DNA of 63,833 nucleotides, filler included, from Rhabdomonas costata (Eukaryota): NCBI GenBank assembly GCA_019059605.1. It is 34 parts of 34 records of this genome, joined end to end, with 100 filler letters (N's around TTAATTAATTAA, not from the genome) between each part and the next. Parts side by side here need not be neighbours in the genome. Positions count along the whole stretch, not along the records: positions 60,176 to 61,954 come from JAHMHO010009178.1; positions 62,055 to 63,833 come from JAHMHO010009179.1; 32 more parts are not named here. One strand, 5' to 3'. Shown piece by piece: positions 60,338 to 63,833 of this stretch (position 1 is its first letter; each line of letters starts with the position of its first letter). The notes under the pieces were generated by a model. It saw only the letters and a program-made list of their open reading frames with translations, ran no database searches and was not told where the DNA came from. The position numbers and the translations under genes were made by a program.

Positions 60338-61882
60338 TCGATGTCTCTGGTGGAGAAGATGACCACTACGAACTACGACGTGCGGCCCACGCTGCTGGGG
60401 TTCCCCGAGGGTGTGCAGGACCTGGAACGCACTGAGGCCCCCCGGATCGAGAGGATCCGCAGGCAGGACATGGAGCCTCCCACGGACATCATCTTCGAGA
60501 CCCTCACCACGAATTACAAGAAGAGACAGGTCTCATCGCCTCCTACACAAAACTCCTTTTTGGAAGCACCGTGCTGTCTGAAGCTGCCTCAAAGGGAAGC
60601 CAGCCGCGATACGTACCATGCTGTGTCATGTAATCGGGCGCATTTTATACGATTTTACACGGAGTGGAGGGGGTATCTTTTTGTGTTGGACGATATACGT
60701 AATAACATCAGAAAGAACACGGAATCACACACATCATCCCTCTACTTTCCTTGAAAGGATGATTTAAGCTGCACTCTTATGAAAAAACATGTTCGGATGC
60801 TGATTCACAACATCGAACAAGTGCTGGATCCTGTTCCTGGATTCTGTTCCGAAAAGTCTCTCCGATCCAGAAGGTGCTTCAAATTGCGGCACACTCACCA
60901 CCGTCCCTTTCTTTTTTCTTTCCTATGCCTATGTGTGTGCACGTGTGTGGGTGTGTGTATGGCGTGTCCCCCAGGCCAAGCAGGTGATCAAAGATCTGGA
61001 ATTTGCCAACCAGACCATCCTGAAGTCCAAGCAGGGGCCCTCCGTGACCACCAGCGTGCAAGAGCTGTACCGCGCCACCCCACGGCTGATCCGCCCGGAC
61101 ACCCCCACACTTGTCCTGGAGGGCGATGAGGAGGAGGCCAAGGAGGAGGCCTTGGTGCTTCTGCAGCGCCTGCTCCGAGGCCGCTCCGTGCAGAACGACT
61201 TCTTTGAAGGCATCTGAGTGTGTATCTCGTTGACTGTAATGCTTGCTTGCTCAACACGACACAGGATAGAGATTATTAAAGGCAAGTAAGCTGCAAAATT
61301 CGAAAGCAGGATTCTGGGAAATCGTTTCAGAATGTACACGCACTGGGACTCCACGCGGGTTCAAGTGCCGCGCTGGAACGTCAATTAAAGAAGGACACGT
61401 ATGAGCGCAGAGAAGCTGAGGCCAAAGGGGTCTCTGTGTTAGGTCAGCAACATTTCCGTCATCGCCCCAGGAGGTAGTGTCGTGGTTTTAAGGAGGTTTC
61501 ACTGGTGTTTGTGTTGTGTCGCCGGGCAACTCGTGGGTCTGATGATTTTTTTCTCTCGTTGAGTCGCCGCTTGAAACGATTGTTCAGAAAGATGAGGTGA
61601 CACGGCAAGTAAACCCGCGAAGAAGTGGAGGGAAGAAGCATAGCTTACATGCGTTTGACTTACACTTGCTTCCGAAGGATAAAAACGATGGAATTCTGTT
61701 GGTGACGACGTGTCCGAAATCAGCGTGATATTCTGTGTGTTCCATGTTCCATGATCAATGGGTTTTCAGGCAAGGAGCGCTGCCGTGGCCTGATTGAGGA
61801 GCTGCAGGCCGCGCAGAAAGCCAAGGACTCGGAGCACAAGTACAAGGCAATCATTGAGCAGGAGGAGGCCCAGGCTAAGCAG
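60338..61882 (+). CDS. CFAP91: Cilia- and flagella-associated protein 91 fragment; exons 60338-60529, 60975-61209, 61770-61882
   Basis: Spliced ...IRPDTPTLVLEGDEEEAKEEALVLLQRLLRGRSVQNDFFEG|KERCRGLIEELQ matches the CFAP91/MAATS1 core RPpTP...eeee.e.AvilLQkLlRGRaiQN.MfEGKEkrleLI.ELr. Confidence 0.85.
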
Positions 61883-62054
61883 GTGCTGCGGGGCTCAGAT
61901 GGCCCATTCCCTCGTGGATGCTGATTTTCTATTCGTTGTGTTTGCCACAACCCCNNNNNNNNNNNNNNNNNNNNNNNNNNNNNNNNNNNNNNNNNNNNTT
62001 AATTAATTAANNNNNNNNNNNNNNNNNNNNNNNNNNNNNNNNNNNNNNNNNNNN

Positions 62055-63700
62055 GTTTTGGGGTAGAGATGGCAAAATGCTCGGATGGTAGTGAAAACGT
62101 CGCCGAATCAGCGAGGTGAATCTGTATTGGCTGGTTTGCCTTGTTTTGCCTTCACTCTGTTTGGCTCTCCACCTGATGCGGAGTTCTTCTGTGAGAAAGC
62201 AACTCGACTCGTGTGGGATTCTGCTCCGCTGGTTCATTGTCGCGGAGCAGCATTGCTTGGGGATTGATTAGACTTCCAGCCATTCGGAATACGTCGGACG
62301 CAGGTAGGGCATGGATATCGTAGGTGATCTTGCGCCTAACAATTTGAACGTGGCGCCTTCTACAATCCACCAAAGGTTGATGTCTGTGTATAAAGGTGTA
62401 GCCAAAGACTACTGGAATGTGGTGGAAATCAAACGGAAAAAGAACAATTTGCCCAGCAAGGCAGACACTCTGAGAAATGTGTCTACCACAAAGGTGGTTC
62501 CGTTAGCGACTCTGACTGACATTAACTGCTTCAAAAGCTTGCGCGGCAGTTGCAGTTCAGTGACCAGTGCTTTGCTCATGAAGCAATCTGAAGCTCCTGA
62601 ATCCAACATGGCTGGAACTACATGATCCCCAAATGTAAGCGGTATTAACAGCAGTGGCCTGGTCTGGTCCTTCCTCGATGTAAATTTCAACGTCAGTGAC
62701 CACCCGCTTAGGAAACAAACCTGTTAGCGTTAGTTCCTTTGGAAGAAAGCCGGTAGTGGTTGCAAAAGAAAATGGTGGTTGGAAAAAAGAAGAACAATCC
62801 TGTAGTGTTAGCATTTGTGGTCAATCTCACAGCGTTAACTGATCAAAACATTGCTTTGTCACGCTTGTATTATGACTTTGCGACTCGTGCACCTCCACGT
62901 TTTCACTCATACTTACCATACTGGTACTACTACCCTTCTCTGGAGGTCGCAACGCACGATCCTTCAGCGCCGGATTACTGTGATGCTTCGCTATCCGCAA
63001 CACACGTGACAACGGCGTAGCATCTCCCAGCAGAGACACCAACCGCATCGCACGTAACGGTGGCTCAGGATGGCTGCCAGGCTTTGATCCCACTACTGCG
63101 CATCGCACGTTGGTCGTGGGGTCTTTAGTCTGCGGGTTACTGTCATTACCTGCTGACCGCATTGCACGTAACAGCAAGTTTGGATCGACAGGGGCACTGA
63201 CCTCATCTCACGTGACAGTGACTCTACGTCGCGGTTGGACGAGATCTACACAACAGCGTAACGTCAAAGTTCCTTCAGGTGTGGCAGTCTCACAATGCAC
63301 GATGACTGTCGTTAGGTAGAAATCTTTTTGAATTGACGCATCAGAAGTAATGGTGCAACAAACACCTATGACGTCGCATCACAAACGGCACAGAAGCGAC
63401 ACGCATCTCACGGTGAACTGTCGTTTTGATGAGCAGTGGAAGCAGTGGAAGTAGATTTCGAGCCTTTTCTGGCTCCGGCTGATACTCCGATAGGCTTACT
63501 ACTGACGCCTCTTCAGAATCCGTTTACACATCCACGCAAGCAGTTTTTCTTGGAAGTGCGCAGCACACGCAAAGCCGTTGGATTTTCGTCGCAGGCGCCT
63601 CGTCGCAGGAAGATAACTCCGACAGAATTAAGCGCCTCATCTCCACCAGGTAGTCCGCCCTTACTGATACAATTAAGGTAGAATACTCCCCTGCTCTACA
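62055..63700 (-). mobile_element. Decayed Ty3/gypsy LTR retrotransposon, gag-protease region
   Basis: Retroviral-type aspartic protease at 62690-62409: LLLIPLTFGDHVVPAMLDSGASDCFMSKALVTELQLP...SVRVANGT. It is followed by a frameshift and preceded by broken gag-like frames; intronless. Confidence 0.8.
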
Positions 63701-63833
63701 CAACAACACGCTCCGTCCTGGACAGCGCGGGGCTCACCATCACATCTGGAGACAGGACCATATCATCTACCGCCCCAGTTTGACCTCTCAAAACCATCCG
63801 CACTCCGTCTCCACATCCTACCGACCCAACACC

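Noticed and set aside
12030..61769. Classical euglenid non-conventional introns (non-GT/AG ends with CAG/CTG terminal pairing)
   Set aside because: Every junction I could anchor by protein homology is explained by GT-AG or GC-AG; none required non-conventional borders.
1783..62054. Regularly spaced TTAATTAATTAA motif as a CRISPR-like or biological repeat array
   Set aside because: It is always embedded in N44 on both sides and is a six-frame stop linker added during concatenation.
1..63833. Gene cluster or operon interpretation (for example NRPS + carrier + regulator + ART as one system)
   Set aside because: Each gene fragment is on a separate contig, apparently ordered by length, so adjacency carries no biological information.

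Overview
This window is not a continuous locus. It is 34 unrelated contigs of about 1.78 kb, joined by 33 artificial 100-nt spacers (N44-TTAATTAATTAA-N44, which give stops in all six frames). Most contigs start with G/T-only sequence and end with C/A-only sequence, and seven carry terminal fold-back inverted repeats; both point to whole-genome-amplified DNA. The DNA is from an intron-rich flagellated eukaryote using the standard code, with short GC3-rich exons, long introns, very degenerate GT donors and two GC-AG introns. A euglenid or other euglenozoan protist is my inference, not something shown. Manual splicing recovers fragments of EF-1beta, condensin CAP-G, MROH1, CFAP91, a mitochondrial carrier, a response-regulator receiver domain, an NDP-forming acyl-CoA synthetase-like protein, a divergent kinesin, an HMG-box protein, an NRPS adenylation domain and a PP1-like pseudophosphatase. 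It also recovers an FN3-domain protein whose C-terminal part has the motif spacing of DarT-type ADP-ribosyltransferases, which is the best candidate for something new. Decayed retroelements are common (DIRS-like methyltransferase and tyrosine recombinase, CRE-like and L1-like LINEs, Ty3/gypsy). All family calls come from recognising motifs by eye; no searches were run. Gene neighbourhood across spacers is meaningless.
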